Assembly: GCA_964655905.1 (NCBI GenBank)
Contig: CAZZPB010000021.1
Coordinates: 1-26,668 of the forward strand
Direction of reading: 5' to 3'
Source of the DNA: an uncultured Candidatus Peribacteria bacterium
GTDB lineage: Bacteria > Patescibacteriota > Gracilibacteria > UBA1369
Length of the DNA stretch: 26,668 nt
In this document: piece by piece, positions 7,433 through 15,452 of the stretch
Position numbering within the stretch: position 1 is the first letter of the stretch
Layout of the letters: each line of letters begins with the position of its first letter
Made by a program: the position numbers and the translations under genes
Notes under the pieces: model-generated
Seen by the model: only the letters and a program-made list of their open reading frames with translations
Database searches by the model: none
What the model was told of the DNA's origin: nothing

Positions 7433-8182
7433 TCAGCGCCAGGCCCTAATTTTTTTAATTTCATCCCCAATAAACATTAATACCTCCTGTTTAAGGAATT
7501 TTCTTGTTTGATTAAAATCTTTTTTACCAATCAGGTGATTTAAATCTTCATCAAGCATGTTTTGTGTAACTTTTTTTTGAATAAAACCGTAAAGCTGTTC
7601 AAAAAAGCTTTTTACATTTGTTTTTCGTCTTTCTTCAATGATTTGCGGTAAATATGCATATCCGTCCCTAAAAAATGTGTGAATGTCAAAAATATCTCTT
7701 CCTGCTACTGACCTGTATTTCTCATATCTTTCTATTGCAGCCACCAGTTTATTGGCAAACATTGTAGGGATTGTTTGACAATAAAAAATCCGGTCAATTT
7801 CAGTAAAACGATATGGCTCATATTCATTTGAAACAGGCGGCGGATATGTAACATCAAAACGTAAAATACTTCTTTCACCGGGAATATTTTTATATCTCAA
7901 AAAAAATTGCGGCACTCTTTTACTGCGATCCTTGATTTCAAGTCCCAGTTCACTAAAAACTGCCTCCAGCTCCCTGTTTAATTTATCAATTTGTTCAGTA
8001 GTTGCCGGAAGCAGATCAAAGTCCAAATCAACAGAAAATCGTTCAATTATGCCTCTCATTGCCGCGCAGGTGCCGCCTTTAAAACGCAGCAAAGAAACCA
8101 GAAAAGTATGATCCGCCAATTTGCTCAGCACTCTATAAAGCCAGGCTTTATGGATGGCATCACCTGCTTTTGGTAAATCCAT
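7433..8182 (-). CDS. AbiEii-type nucleotidyltransferase toxin (type IV TA)
   Basis: FKGGTCAAM…RFSVDLDFD, ANKLVAA, RDIFDI. Confidence 0.88.
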   Translation of the reverse strand: MDLPKAGDAIHKAWLYRVLSKLADHTFLVSLLRFKGGTCAAMRGIIERFSVDLDFDLLPATTEQIDKLNRELEAVFSELGLEIKDRSKRVPQFFLRYKNIPGERSILRFDVTYPPPVSNEYEPYRFTEIDRIFYCQTIPTMFANKLVAAIERYEKYRSVAGRDIFDIHTFFRDGYAYLPQIIEERRKTNVKSFFEQLYGFIQKKVTQNMLDEDLNHLIGKKDFNQTRKFLKQEVLMFIGDEIKKIRAWR

Positions 8183-8750
8183 AACGTTTGGAAGTTAAAG
8201 GATAACCAATTGTTTTCTGTATCTCCCTAATTTTTGTCCAATCAATTGGCCGGTCGAAATGAAATTTTGGCATAAAATAAAGCATATCGGCAATTGCCCG
8301 CTCGACTGAAGCAACCCGTATTCCATCCATATTGTTAATACCAACAGGATTAAATAAAAATCTATTATTTGCTTTTCTGGATTTATACAAACAATCTCCC
8401 ACCTTAAATGTGTCTGATTTTGAACTGATAAATGTGAAAGAACCTGGTCTTTTTGATACATACCCTTCTCTATAAAGAATGCTTTCGGCGCTCAAATAGC
8501 AATAGGTGTGTAAAATCTTTGTCCCGAGCAATATGGGATCCAGGTTATCTGGTGGTAAAAGCGAATATAATCCTTTAAATAATCTATACAATAAGCCGGC
8601 ACTACAATACCGCTTTAGAGTGGTATACAAAGTGTTTTTGTTCTTGATAAGCCATAAATTAGCTAAATCACTTGTATGAAAAAGCTTCTCGTCCATCCTT
8701 GCCAACAAAGCGAAACGCTGTGCCTGTATATTGACTTTTCCTGTACTCAT
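8160..8750 (-). CDS. AbiEi-type antitoxin / wHTH regulator
   Basis: LYRLFKGLY, YLSAESIL, VASVERAIADMLY. Overlaps the AbiEii start. Start may be 8750 or 8768. Confidence 0.82.
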   Translation of the reverse strand: MSTGKVNIQAQRFALLARMDEKLFHTSDLANLWLIKNKNTLYTTLKRYCSAGLLYRLFKGLYSLLPPDNLDPILLGTKILHTYCYLSAESILYREGYVSKRPGSFTFISSKSDTFKVGDCLYKSRKANNRFLFNPVGINNMDGIRVASVERAIADMLYFMPKFHFDRPIDWTKIREIQKTIGYPLTSKRYGFTKSR

Positions 8751-8809
8751 GTGTACAGGATAATACAAGTAGATGCAAATTGCAAGCCCACGTGTGTCAT
8801 GCGTTATGC

Positions 8810-9235
8810 TTAATGTTGATTCAATTTTCGTAAAAAATCTTCCGCCTTTTTGAGGATGTTTTTTGCCTGTGAATACGTTATTTTTTGAAGAGCTTCCTCA
8901 TATGGAAGCCAAACGGAGCCCTGGTGTTCAAATGAAATGATAATTTTTTCCTGGGTCGTGCTCGCGAGGAAAAAAATCACTTCTTTTGTGCTGTATTTTT
9001 CGCCGCGTAAATATTTATAGCGGATTTTTTCACGGAATCCGGGGGTCCAGATAATTTTTTTAATGCCTGTTTCCTCGCTTAGTTCGCGAAGAGCGGCTTC
9101 ACGTTCCAGTTCATTTTTTTCAATATGCCCCTTGGGAAAATCAAAATGCCCCGAGGGGTAGTGCAACAGCAGATATTGCCGGCTTGTTTTTAGCTGACGA
9201 TAGATTACAATTCCAGCTGAAGTTTCGTTTATCAT
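8810..9235 (-). CDS. NUDIX hydrolase (Ap4A hydrolase-like)
   Basis: Nudix box FPKGHIEKNELEREAALRELSEETGI. Confidence 0.92.
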   Translation of the reverse strand: MINETSAGIVIYRQLKTSRQYLLLHYPSGHFDFPKGHIEKNELEREAALRELSEETGIKKIIWTPGFREKIRYKYLRGEKYSTKEVIFFLASTTQEKIIISFEHQGSVWLPYEEALQKITYSQAKNILKKAEDFLRKLNQH

Positions 9236-9241
9236 ACGACA

Positions 9242-10045
9242 ATGTTAACCAAACAGATGCCAATTACACAACCCAAAGTTAAGGGTTTGATGCCGCACCC
9301 CAGACCGGGGCTTCGTTGTGGCGTACCTGCAGGCATCAAAAAAATCATTGCGGTTCATAGCGGCAAGGGTGGCGTAGGAAAAACGTTTGTCGCGATAAAT
9401 TTGGCCGCGCTGTTGGCAAAAAAAGGCTATAAAATCGGCCTGCTCGATGCTGATATTGACTGTCCAAATGTGATGAAAATGTTGCAGTTGAGCGGAAAAT
9501 TGATTGTTGATAAGAATCAGAAAATAACACCGCTGGAAAAATTTGGAATGAAAGTTATTTCCATGGCCCCCATGTTGAACTCTGAAGATGAGGTCTTGAT
9601 GTGGCGCGGGCCGATTGTTTCACGGGTTGTTGAGCAATTTATTTTTGATGTAGCGTGGGACTGCCTGGATTTTTTGATTGTCGATCTGCCTCCTGGCACT
9701 TCCGATATTCCCCTGACGCTTTTTCAAATTGTAAAAGAAGCAAAATTATTGCTGGTTAGCACGCCACAGGAATTGGCCCTTTTAGATGCGAAAAAATCCA
9801 TCAACATGGCCAAAAGGCTGCAAACTGATATTATTGGAATAATGGAAAATATGGCCGGCCCCATTTTTGGGAGAGGCTCAGCAAAAAAACTGGCTTCCAG
9901 TTTGCAAATACCATTTTTAGGGAGTATCTCTCTTGAAAAATCATATACCCTTCCCAATAATTCTGGCATGCCACATGTTTTATCTGATCTAAAACTCCAG
10001 GAAAATTTTAAATGCACATTGAAAATATTAGAAAGTTGTTTGTAG
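9242..10045 (+). CDS. mrp: Mrp/ApbC/NBP35-family P-loop ATPase lacking the C-terminal CXXC
   Basis: SGKGGVGKT, LLDADID, MWRGP, LIVDLPPGTSD, STPQELALLDAKK, ENM. Confidence 0.9.
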   Translation: MLTKQMPITQPKVKGLMPHPRPGLRCGVPAGIKKIIAVHSGKGGVGKTFVAINLAALLAKKGYKIGLLDADIDCPNVMKMLQLSGKLIVDKNQKITPLEKFGMKVISMAPMLNSEDEVLMWRGPIVSRVVEQFIFDVAWDCLDFLIVDLPPGTSDIPLTLFQIVKEAKLLLVSTPQELALLDAKKSINMAKRLQTDIIGIMENMAGPIFGRGSAKKLASSLQIPFLGSISLEKSYTLPNNSGMPHVLSDLKLQENFKCTLKILESCL

Positions 10046-10064
10046 CCTAATTTGGCCGACGAGG

Positions 10065-10112
10065 GGGTCTCGTCCCACGCAGCGGGATCGCCCGCTTAGC
10101 GGGGGGTGATGG
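10065..10112. repeat. Short derivative of the E1/E2 family (E4)
   Basis: gggtctcgtccc…gcccgcttagcgggg..tgat, shared with 21749-21783. Confidence 0.6.
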
Positions 10113-10125
10113 GGTTTTAAGTTAT

Positions 10126-10209
10126 GGGCGGGTGGCGAAACTGGCAGACGCGCTACGTTCAGGTCGTAGTGATCGCAAGATCGTGGAGGTTCAAGTCCTC
10201 TCTCGCCCA
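10126..10209 (+). tRNA. tRNA-Leu (CAG)
   Basis: Acceptor gggcggg/ctcgccc, anticodon arm ctacg-ttCAGgt-cgtag, long variable arm gatc-gcaa-gatc, TTC T-loop. CCA not encoded. Confidence 0.97.
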
Positions 10210-10220
10210 ATGAATTTAAA

Positions 10221-10266
10221 AAATCCCCCGTAGGGAACGCAGATCTGCGTTCCCTACGGGGGATTT
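10221..10266. repeat. Perfect 46-bp GTAG-type palindrome, probable bidirectional terminator
   Basis: aaatcccccgtagggaacgcaga|tctgcgttccctacgggggattt, between the tRNA and a convergent gene. Confidence 0.85.
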
Positions 10267-10284
10267 ACAGGACAAAATGCCGAT

Positions 10285-10701
10285 TTATTTCCCTTTGGCC
10301 TTTTGAACCTTCGTTTCGACCTTCTTCATAACCTTGGTCTCAGGTTTTTTCGTCTCAATTGCAGGTTTCTTCATTTTGGTTTCAGGCTTTTTCGTTTCCA
10401 TTGCCGGTTTCTTTTCAACTTTCTTCATCTCCTGCTTTTTGAGACCTTTCTTTAACCCTTCACCTCTTTGAAGAGCGTTTTCAGTGCCGGTAACTTTTGG
10501 CTTGGTTGTCATTACCGGAGGAGTAGTAACAGTCTTTGCAGGTTTTGTGACAGCCTTCACCGGAGGTGTAACAACCTTCACCGGAGATGTAACAGCTTTC
10601 ACCGGAGGTGTAGCGGTCTTTGTCGCACCAGCCTGGGCAAACACCGGAGCGGTGGAAAGCAGCATGGACAAAGCGATACCGATAGCGACGTATTTTTTCA
10701 T
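10285..10701 (-). CDS. Secreted Lys/Pro/Thr-rich low-complexity protein (paralog A)
   Basis: Signal peptide MKKYVAIGIALSMLLSTAPVFA, 7-aa PVKAVT repeats, KKP repeats. Confidence 0.85.
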   Translation of the reverse strand: MKKYVAIGIALSMLLSTAPVFAQAGATKTATPPVKAVTSPVKVVTPPVKAVTKPAKTVTTPPVMTTKPKVTGTENALQRGEGLKKGLKKQEMKKVEKKPAMETKKPETKMKKPAIETKKPETKVMKKVETKVQKAKGK

Positions 10702-10740
10702 TAAGTTATGGAGTTAAAAAATAAAAATGTTATTGGAACT

Positions 10741-11370
10741 TTATTTGTCTTTTACCTTTTTGAGCCTTTCTTCCGTCTTTTTTACTTTATTCTCGTATTT
10801 TTTTACTTCACCTTCCTGCTTTTCCATCCTTTTCTCTAATTTTTTGGTTTCCTTTGCTTTTCTTTCTTCTTTTTTCTCTTCACGTTCAGCCTTATTTTCA
10901 GTCTTTTTCTTTTCCCACTTTGCCTTATCTTCAGCCTTTTTCTTGTCTGTTTCAGCCCTCTTCTCGGCTATCTTCTTGTCCGTTTCAGCCCTCTTCTCAG
11001 CTATCTTCTTGTCTGTTTCAGCCCTCTTCTTATCCATCTCGCCACTCTTTTCAGGATTTTTCTTGTCCGTCTCGGCCCTCTTTTCAGCCCTCTTCTTGTC
11101 CAACTCAGCTCTCTTTTCAGCTCTCTTCTTGTCCAACTCGGACCTATTTCCTTCCTGTTTCTTGAGACCTTTTTTCAATCCCTCACCTCTTTTTAGAGCA
11201 TTTTCAGTGCCTGTGACCTTTTGTTCAGTCTTTGGAGGAGTAGTGGTGGCGGGAGTAGTAACCGCAGGAGTAGCAGCGGCAGGAGCGGTTGTTCCAGCTG
11301 TCTGCGCAAACACCGGCGCGGTGGAAAGCAGCATGGACAAAGCTATACTTATTGCAATGTATTTTTTCAT
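10741..11370 (-). CDS. Secreted Lys/Glu-rich coiled-coil repeat protein (paralog B)
   Basis: Signal peptide nearly identical to paralog A, with 11-aa AETDKKxAEKR repeats. Confidence 0.85.
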   Translation of the reverse strand: MKKYIAISIALSMLLSTAPVFAQTAGTTAPAAATPAVTTPATTTPPKTEQKVTGTENALKRGEGLKKGLKKQEGNRSELDKKRAEKRAELDKKRAEKRAETDKKNPEKSGEMDKKRAETDKKIAEKRAETDKKIAEKRAETDKKKAEDKAKWEKKKTENKAEREEKKEERKAKETKKLEKRMEKQEGEVKKYENKVKKTEERLKKVKDK

Positions 11371-11462
11371 ATATTTTTAGAGTAAAAAAATAAAATTAGT
11401 TTATATTGTGGAATATCCCAACCCGTGTGACCAACAATTATAACGTAAAACTACTAAAAATA

Positions 11463-12149
11463 TTACTGATGATGTTTTGTAGCTTTATCAAGCCATTTTG
11501 ATGCATGTTCCTTGCCGCCCAGACCAAAAGCGAGACCAAATGCCAACGCCAGCATGGCAACCAGCCCCATAAATAGAGTTTCAATCAGATTGGTAGCAAC
11601 CCCAAGCTGAACCAGACTTGCAAGCAACGCAAAAATAATCAATGCCCATTTTGCAATTGCAGAAAGCATATGTGCTGTATGAGAAGTGACGTTCGATGCC
11701 TTCGCGGATTTTTCAACCACATCATGAACAAACTGGCCAACCACCAGGCCAATAGCCAAAATAATAACGGCGACAACAACATTTGGAAGATATTCGGCGA
11801 CTTTTTGTAGAAATACGGTTACCTGCGTGAATTTCAAAACTTCCACAACGGCAATTAATGTGACGATAATAAAGAACCATTTCACGATCCATGCGATAAT
11901 ACTGGCAAAACTAAACTTTAATCCAACTTCTTCCAGTTTCTGCGTCGCGTCGAGTTTGTCAACAAGTTTGTCTACATGGGTCAAATTTACAAGCTTATGC
12001 GCCAACTTACTTAAAAAGTGCGCGACCACAAGGCCAACTATAAGGATTACCAGCGCCCCAACCAGTTCCGGAACAAAAGCCACGACTTTATTCCAAAGAT
12101 TCTGGAGAGAAGCCACAACGGCCTGGTTCCAATCAGAGAAATAGTTCAT
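11463..12149 (-). CDS. Conserved TM-helix repeat membrane protein (CmpX / MscS-associated type)
   Basis: FVPELVGALVILIVG, YLPNVVVAVIIL, LALAFGLAFGLGGKE. Confidence 0.82.
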   Translation of the reverse strand: MNYFSDWNQAVVASLQNLWNKVVAFVPELVGALVILIVGLVVAHFLSKLAHKLVNLTHVDKLVDKLDATQKLEEVGLKFSFASIIAWIVKWFFIIVTLIAVVEVLKFTQVTVFLQKVAEYLPNVVVAVIILAIGLVVGQFVHDVVEKSAKASNVTSHTAHMLSAIAKWALIIFALLASLVQLGVATNLIETLFMGLVAMLALAFGLAFGLGGKEHASKWLDKATKHHQ

Positions 12150-12194
12150 ATAGTAAAAGATTTAAAAAATAAACTTATGAAAGTATAACAAAAA

Positions 12195-12223
12195 TTGCAA
12201 AAAATACAAGCTTTGTTTAGAAT
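12195..12223 (+). promoter_or_regulatory. Sigma70-type promoter
   Basis: TTGCAA-N17-TAGAAT. It overlaps a divergent TTGTAT-N16-TATACT on the minus strand. Confidence 0.6.
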
Positions 12224-12263
12224 CATGTTGTAAAAAGGTTTTACAAATTTAATTTTTATCCAT

Positions 12264-13205
12264 ATGGCGCCTCGAAAAAAAAAGAAAAAAGATTTTACCA
12301 CTCTTTATGTAGCGGCTCTGGCAGGCCTTGTTATTGTTTTGATTTACTTTGTAGCATACGCTACAAAAACGGTAAAATTGCCGTCATTTTTAATTGGTAA
12401 AAACACATCATCGACAACTCAAAAAGAAAATCCTTTGGTGCGTCCAAACCCATCTTTGAAGAAAATGCAGGAGAATTCGGATAAAAAATTACCGTCAATA
12501 ACCTATAAATCGGTTTTGGGAGACAACCGTGTAAAATATAAAATTGATCATTTTAAAAAACTTGATGTACAGCCTTTGGAATTTGAGGTTTTTGATGAAA
12601 ATCGCAAACCGTACACTCCAAATGATCTTCAAATTGTTCGTGGTAATAAGATGCACTATATTGTTGTTTCGGCGAATTTGAATGAGTTCCAACACCTCTA
12701 CCCCGCATTTACGAATGGCAAATGGAAAACAAGCGCAAAGCTGCCAAATCCCGGCATATATTACGCATTCGTTGATATTACCACGGTTGAGGGCAAAAAC
12801 ATGGTTTTGCGGACTTTGCTCACTGTTAAAACTTCACCGACATCAATTTCGTGGCCAAGAGCAACCACTGACCTTTTAGCAAATTCTGCAGGCTACAAAG
12901 CTCAAATGAAAATTGCATCACTCCAGATTTATAAACCGAATGTGTTATCTTTTTTTCTGAGTAAAAATGAAGCTGTCGAGAAAAATATTCAGCCATATTT
13001 GGATGCGTTTGGAAGCGTTGTTCTGTTTCGACAGGGCGATCTGGACAGTTTCTTTATGTACGCGCAGCCGTTTTCCAACGATCCGGAAAGAGGTTTGGTG
13101 GAATTTTCAACGACATTTATTTTGCCCGGACGCTACACGGTTTTTGCCGAATTCAAAATTGGGAACAGGATCGTGACGTTTCCTTTTACGTTTGATGTTG
13201 AATAA
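12264..13205 (+). CDS. Membrane-anchored protein with two beta-sandwich domains (YtkA / heavy-metal-associated secreted type)
   Basis: N-terminal TM, MHYIVVSANLNEFQHLYP…PGIYYAFVD, QPYLDAFG…PGRYTVFAEF…VTFPF. Confidence 0.65.
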   Translation: MAPRKKKKKDFTTLYVAALAGLVIVLIYFVAYATKTVKLPSFLIGKNTSSTTQKENPLVRPNPSLKKMQENSDKKLPSITYKSVLGDNRVKYKIDHFKKLDVQPLEFEVFDENRKPYTPNDLQIVRGNKMHYIVVSANLNEFQHLYPAFTNGKWKTSAKLPNPGIYYAFVDITTVEGKNMVLRTLLTVKTSPTSISWPRATTDLLANSAGYKAQMKIASLQIYKPNVLSFFLSKNEAVEKNIQPYLDAFGSVVLFRQGDLDSFFMYAQPFSNDPERGLVEFSTTFILPGRYTVFAEFKIGNRIVTFPFTFDVE

Positions 13206-13206
13206 T

Positions 13207-13252
13207 GATTTTGCCGTAGAGACGCAAAATTTTGCGTCTCTACGGCAAAATC
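13207..13252. repeat. Perfect 46-bp GTAG-type palindrome between convergent genes
   Basis: gattttgccgtagagacgcaaaa|ttttgcgtctctacggcaaaatc. Confidence 0.88.
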
Positions 13253-13265
13253 GCATGATCTGCGT

Positions 13266-14078
13266 TTAACTCCATTTTTTGTTCTTTAGCGCGTGCTCCG
13301 CCGCTTCCTGTTCAGCTTTTTGCTTGCTTGACCCTTTTCCTTCCCCAATCAATTCTTCACCAATATAGGCGCCCATTGTGAAAATTTTATCGTGGTCGGG
13401 ACCTTTCTGTTCGTGAACCCTGTATTCGGGAGTTATGCCAAGCGTTTCCTGTGATATTTCCTGCAGTTTTGATTTTGCGTCTATATGATGACCTTTTTTC
13501 AGAATTTCATCGAGCCGTTTGATAATAAATTCATCAATAAAAATATGTGCAGTTTTATAGTTTTGGTCAAGAAAAATTGCTCCAATAAGAGCCTCTAAAG
13601 TATTGGCAAGAATATAATTTTTTTTACGGCCACCCGAATGTTCCTCTCCTTTGCTTAAATAAAGGTATGTTCCCAAATCCAAATGATCTGCTATCTCCGC
13701 CAGATGTTTTCCCTTTACCAGAGCCGAACGCCAATTCGTCAAAACACCTTCTTCCTGTTGTGGAAAAGTTTTATAGAGATATTCCGTGACAACAAGCTCC
13801 AAAACAGCATCACCTAAAAATTCCAGCCGTTCGTTTGATGTAGGGGCTTGCGCCTGCCTGCCGGCAGGCAGGTCGCCCTCCAACCCCGCCTTGGCGGGGA
13901 TTGGAGCCTCCCCCTCTCGCACGCGTTGCTCGCTAGCAATTTTATATCCCTCGTGGGCCGATTTGATTTTTTTATGTTCGTTTAGATATGAGGTATGGAC
14001 AAAGGCGGTATCAAGAAGATCAATGTCCTTGAAGGCAATTTTGATTTTTTTTTGGAGTTTATCGTAGCTACTTGGCAT
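13266..14078 (-). CDS. rnc: Ribonuclease III with an in-frame palindrome-derived insertion
   Basis: NERLEFLGDAVL, ANTLEALIGAIFLD, C-terminal dsRBD (DAKSKLQE…GKGSSKQKAEQEAA). Confidence 0.96.
   Translation of the reverse strand: MPSSYDKLQKKIKIAFKDIDLLDTAFVHTSYLNEHKKIKSAHEGYKIASEQRVREGEAPIPAKAGLEGDLPAGRQAQAPTSNERLEFLGDAVLELVVTEYLYKTFPQQEEGVLTNWRSALVKGKHLAEIADHLDLGTYLYLSKGEEHSGGRKKNYILANTLEALIGAIFLDQNYKTAHIFIDEFIIKRLDEILKKGHHIDAKSKLQEISQETLGITPEYRVHEQKGPDHDKIFTMGAYIGEELIGEGKGSSKQKAEQEAAEHALKNKKWS
13840..13939. repeat. Nested REP-like palindromes inside rnc
   Basis: GTAG start at 13840, perfect cctgcctgccggcaggcagg at 13853-13872, ccccgcc-tt-ggcgggg at 13884-13899, ttgct-cgct-agcaa at 13926-13939. 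Confidence 0.85.
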
Positions 14079-14487
14079 CTTTTGGATATTTATGCATGAC
14101 AGTGCTTAAAACACCGTTTACAAATTTGGGCGCGTTGGTATCACCATAACTTTTTGCGAGTTCCACAGCTTCATTAATGGCAACAATCTGCGGCGCATCC
14201 TCGGAAAAAATAATTTCATACACGCCGATTTCAAGGATGGCGCGGTCCACTGGGGCGATTTTATCAATCGGCCATTCCGGAGCCTCTTTTTTGATAATTT
14301 CCGCAATCTGCTCTTTCTTTTCAAGCACGCCAAGGAGAATTGTCCGTGGGAAAACCGTGTCCGTGACTTTATCCGTAAATTCGCCCAGATTATACCGCAA
14401 AATAGCCTCAGCGTCACCGCCACGAAATTCATGGGCAAAAAGTGTCTGCATAACGGCGATCCGTGCTAAATGTCTGTAACTTGCCAT
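14068..14487 (-). CDS. nusB: Transcription antitermination factor NusB
   Basis: RHLARIAVMQTLF, APVDRAILEIG, INEAVELAKSYG…KFVNGVL. Start reassigned to MASY. Confidence 0.94.
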   Translation of the reverse strand: MASYRHLARIAVMQTLFAHEFRGGDAEAILRYNLGEFTDKVTDTVFPRTILLGVLEKKEQIAEIIKKEAPEWPIDKIAPVDRAILEIGVYEIIFSEDAPQIVAINEAVELAKSYGDTNAPKFVNGVLSTVMHKYPKDAK

Positions 14488-14509
14488 AAATACAATTTTC
14501 GGCACATCA

Positions 14510-14746
14510 TCAAGCCTTAACTTTTGTGATCTTATCAATCTCCCTGCTCATATCAATAATCTTTTTATCACCATAGTAACCGCAATTTTGGCATACAAAA
14601 TGGTTCAATTTTTTTTCCTTGCAATGAGGACAATTCACCAAATTTACCACACCCTCCAGCCGCACCTGTGTCTTATGCGTAAAACTGTGGTAGCGCTGCG
14701 CCGAACGGGGTTTCGATTTTTTATATTTGGGAACGGGATGTTTCAT
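14510..14746 (-). CDS. rpmF: 50S ribosomal protein L32 (zinc-ribbon type)
   Basis: PVPKYKKSK, CPHC…HFVCQNCGYY, and yceD-rpmF synteny. Confidence 0.93.
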   Translation of the reverse strand: MKHPVPKYKKSKPRSAQRYHSFTHKTQVRLEGVVNLVNCPHCKEKKLNHFVCQNCGYYGDKKIIDMSREIDKITKVKA

Positions 14747-14747
14747 G

Positions 14748-14862
14748 AGACGAGCCCGAAGGGCTTGTTAAGAAATTACAGCGACCGAAGGGAGCAACCA
14801 CAGACGAGCCCTCGCGAAAGCGGGGGCCTTGTTAAGAAGTCAACACCCCGCCACGGCGGGGT
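14748..14862. repeat. Duplicated hairpin motif plus REP hairpin in the rpmF leader
   Basis: agacgagccc…cttgttaagaa at 14748-14774 and 14802-14838, and accccgcc-ac-ggcggggt at 14845-14862. Confidence 0.8.
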
Positions 14863-14870
14863 AACATTCA

Positions 14871-15389
14871 TTATAATAATTTTTTTAAATTTTTGAACGG
14901 CTTGTGCGGTTCCAAATCCTCATTTTTACACTTGCAATCTATTTTATTTTTATTGACGCCACAATGAGGGCATAGCCCCTTGCATCCTCTAGAGCATAAT
15001 GGAATAAGCGGAAAATGCAAGATGATTTCCTGACGCACAAGGTCATTCAGGTCAATGGTCATTGCTTTTTTATTGATGAGAAAAATGTCGGCCTCACTTG
15101 GCCTGACAGCGCTCTGCTCATATAAAAATTCTCCTTCGGCTGCCGGTATTTCTATATTTTTTACGAATTTTTTGGTGCAAAGCGGGCATGTGAAACGGGT
15201 TCCGATGCTGCCATTTGTGATAATGGCGCTTATTTCTTCTTTGAGCTTGATGAGTTGAAGTTGGGCCGAAAAATTGGTTGAAAAATCCAATTCCGGATCA
15301 TCAGGAAAAGCAATTTTTTCATCAATATCATATTTTTCAACAGTGCCCTGCGAACTGCCCCAAAGACGCGCGATTTTATATGTGAGCAT
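14871..15389 (-). CDS. yceD: DUF177/YceD family protein
   Basis: CPLC, IDLNDLVRQEIILHFP…CSRGCKGLCPHCG…C-x-C…PFKNLKKL. Confidence 0.92.
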   Translation of the reverse strand: MLTYKIARLWGSSQGTVEKYDIDEKIAFPDDPELDFSTNFSAQLQLIKLKEEISAIITNGSIGTRFTCPLCTKKFVKNIEIPAAEGEFLYEQSAVRPSEADIFLINKKAMTIDLNDLVRQEIILHFPLIPLCSRGCKGLCPHCGVNKNKIDCKCKNEDLEPHKPFKNLKKLL

Positions 15390-15452
15390 TTATAAAAAGG
15401 AATTCAAGTTTTAAAGGCAAATGAAATTTGACGGAAATCAGTGTTATTCAAT

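Noticed and set aside
10126-10209. tRNA-Leu or tRNA-Val as integration sites of an island
   Set aside because: No duplicated tRNA 3' end and no integrase is seen.
10468-11380. Plus-strand ORFs 10468..10704, 10484..10717, 10727..11380, 10854..11165
   Set aside because: Antisense shadows of repetitive Lys-rich genes that carry clear signal peptides on the minus strand.
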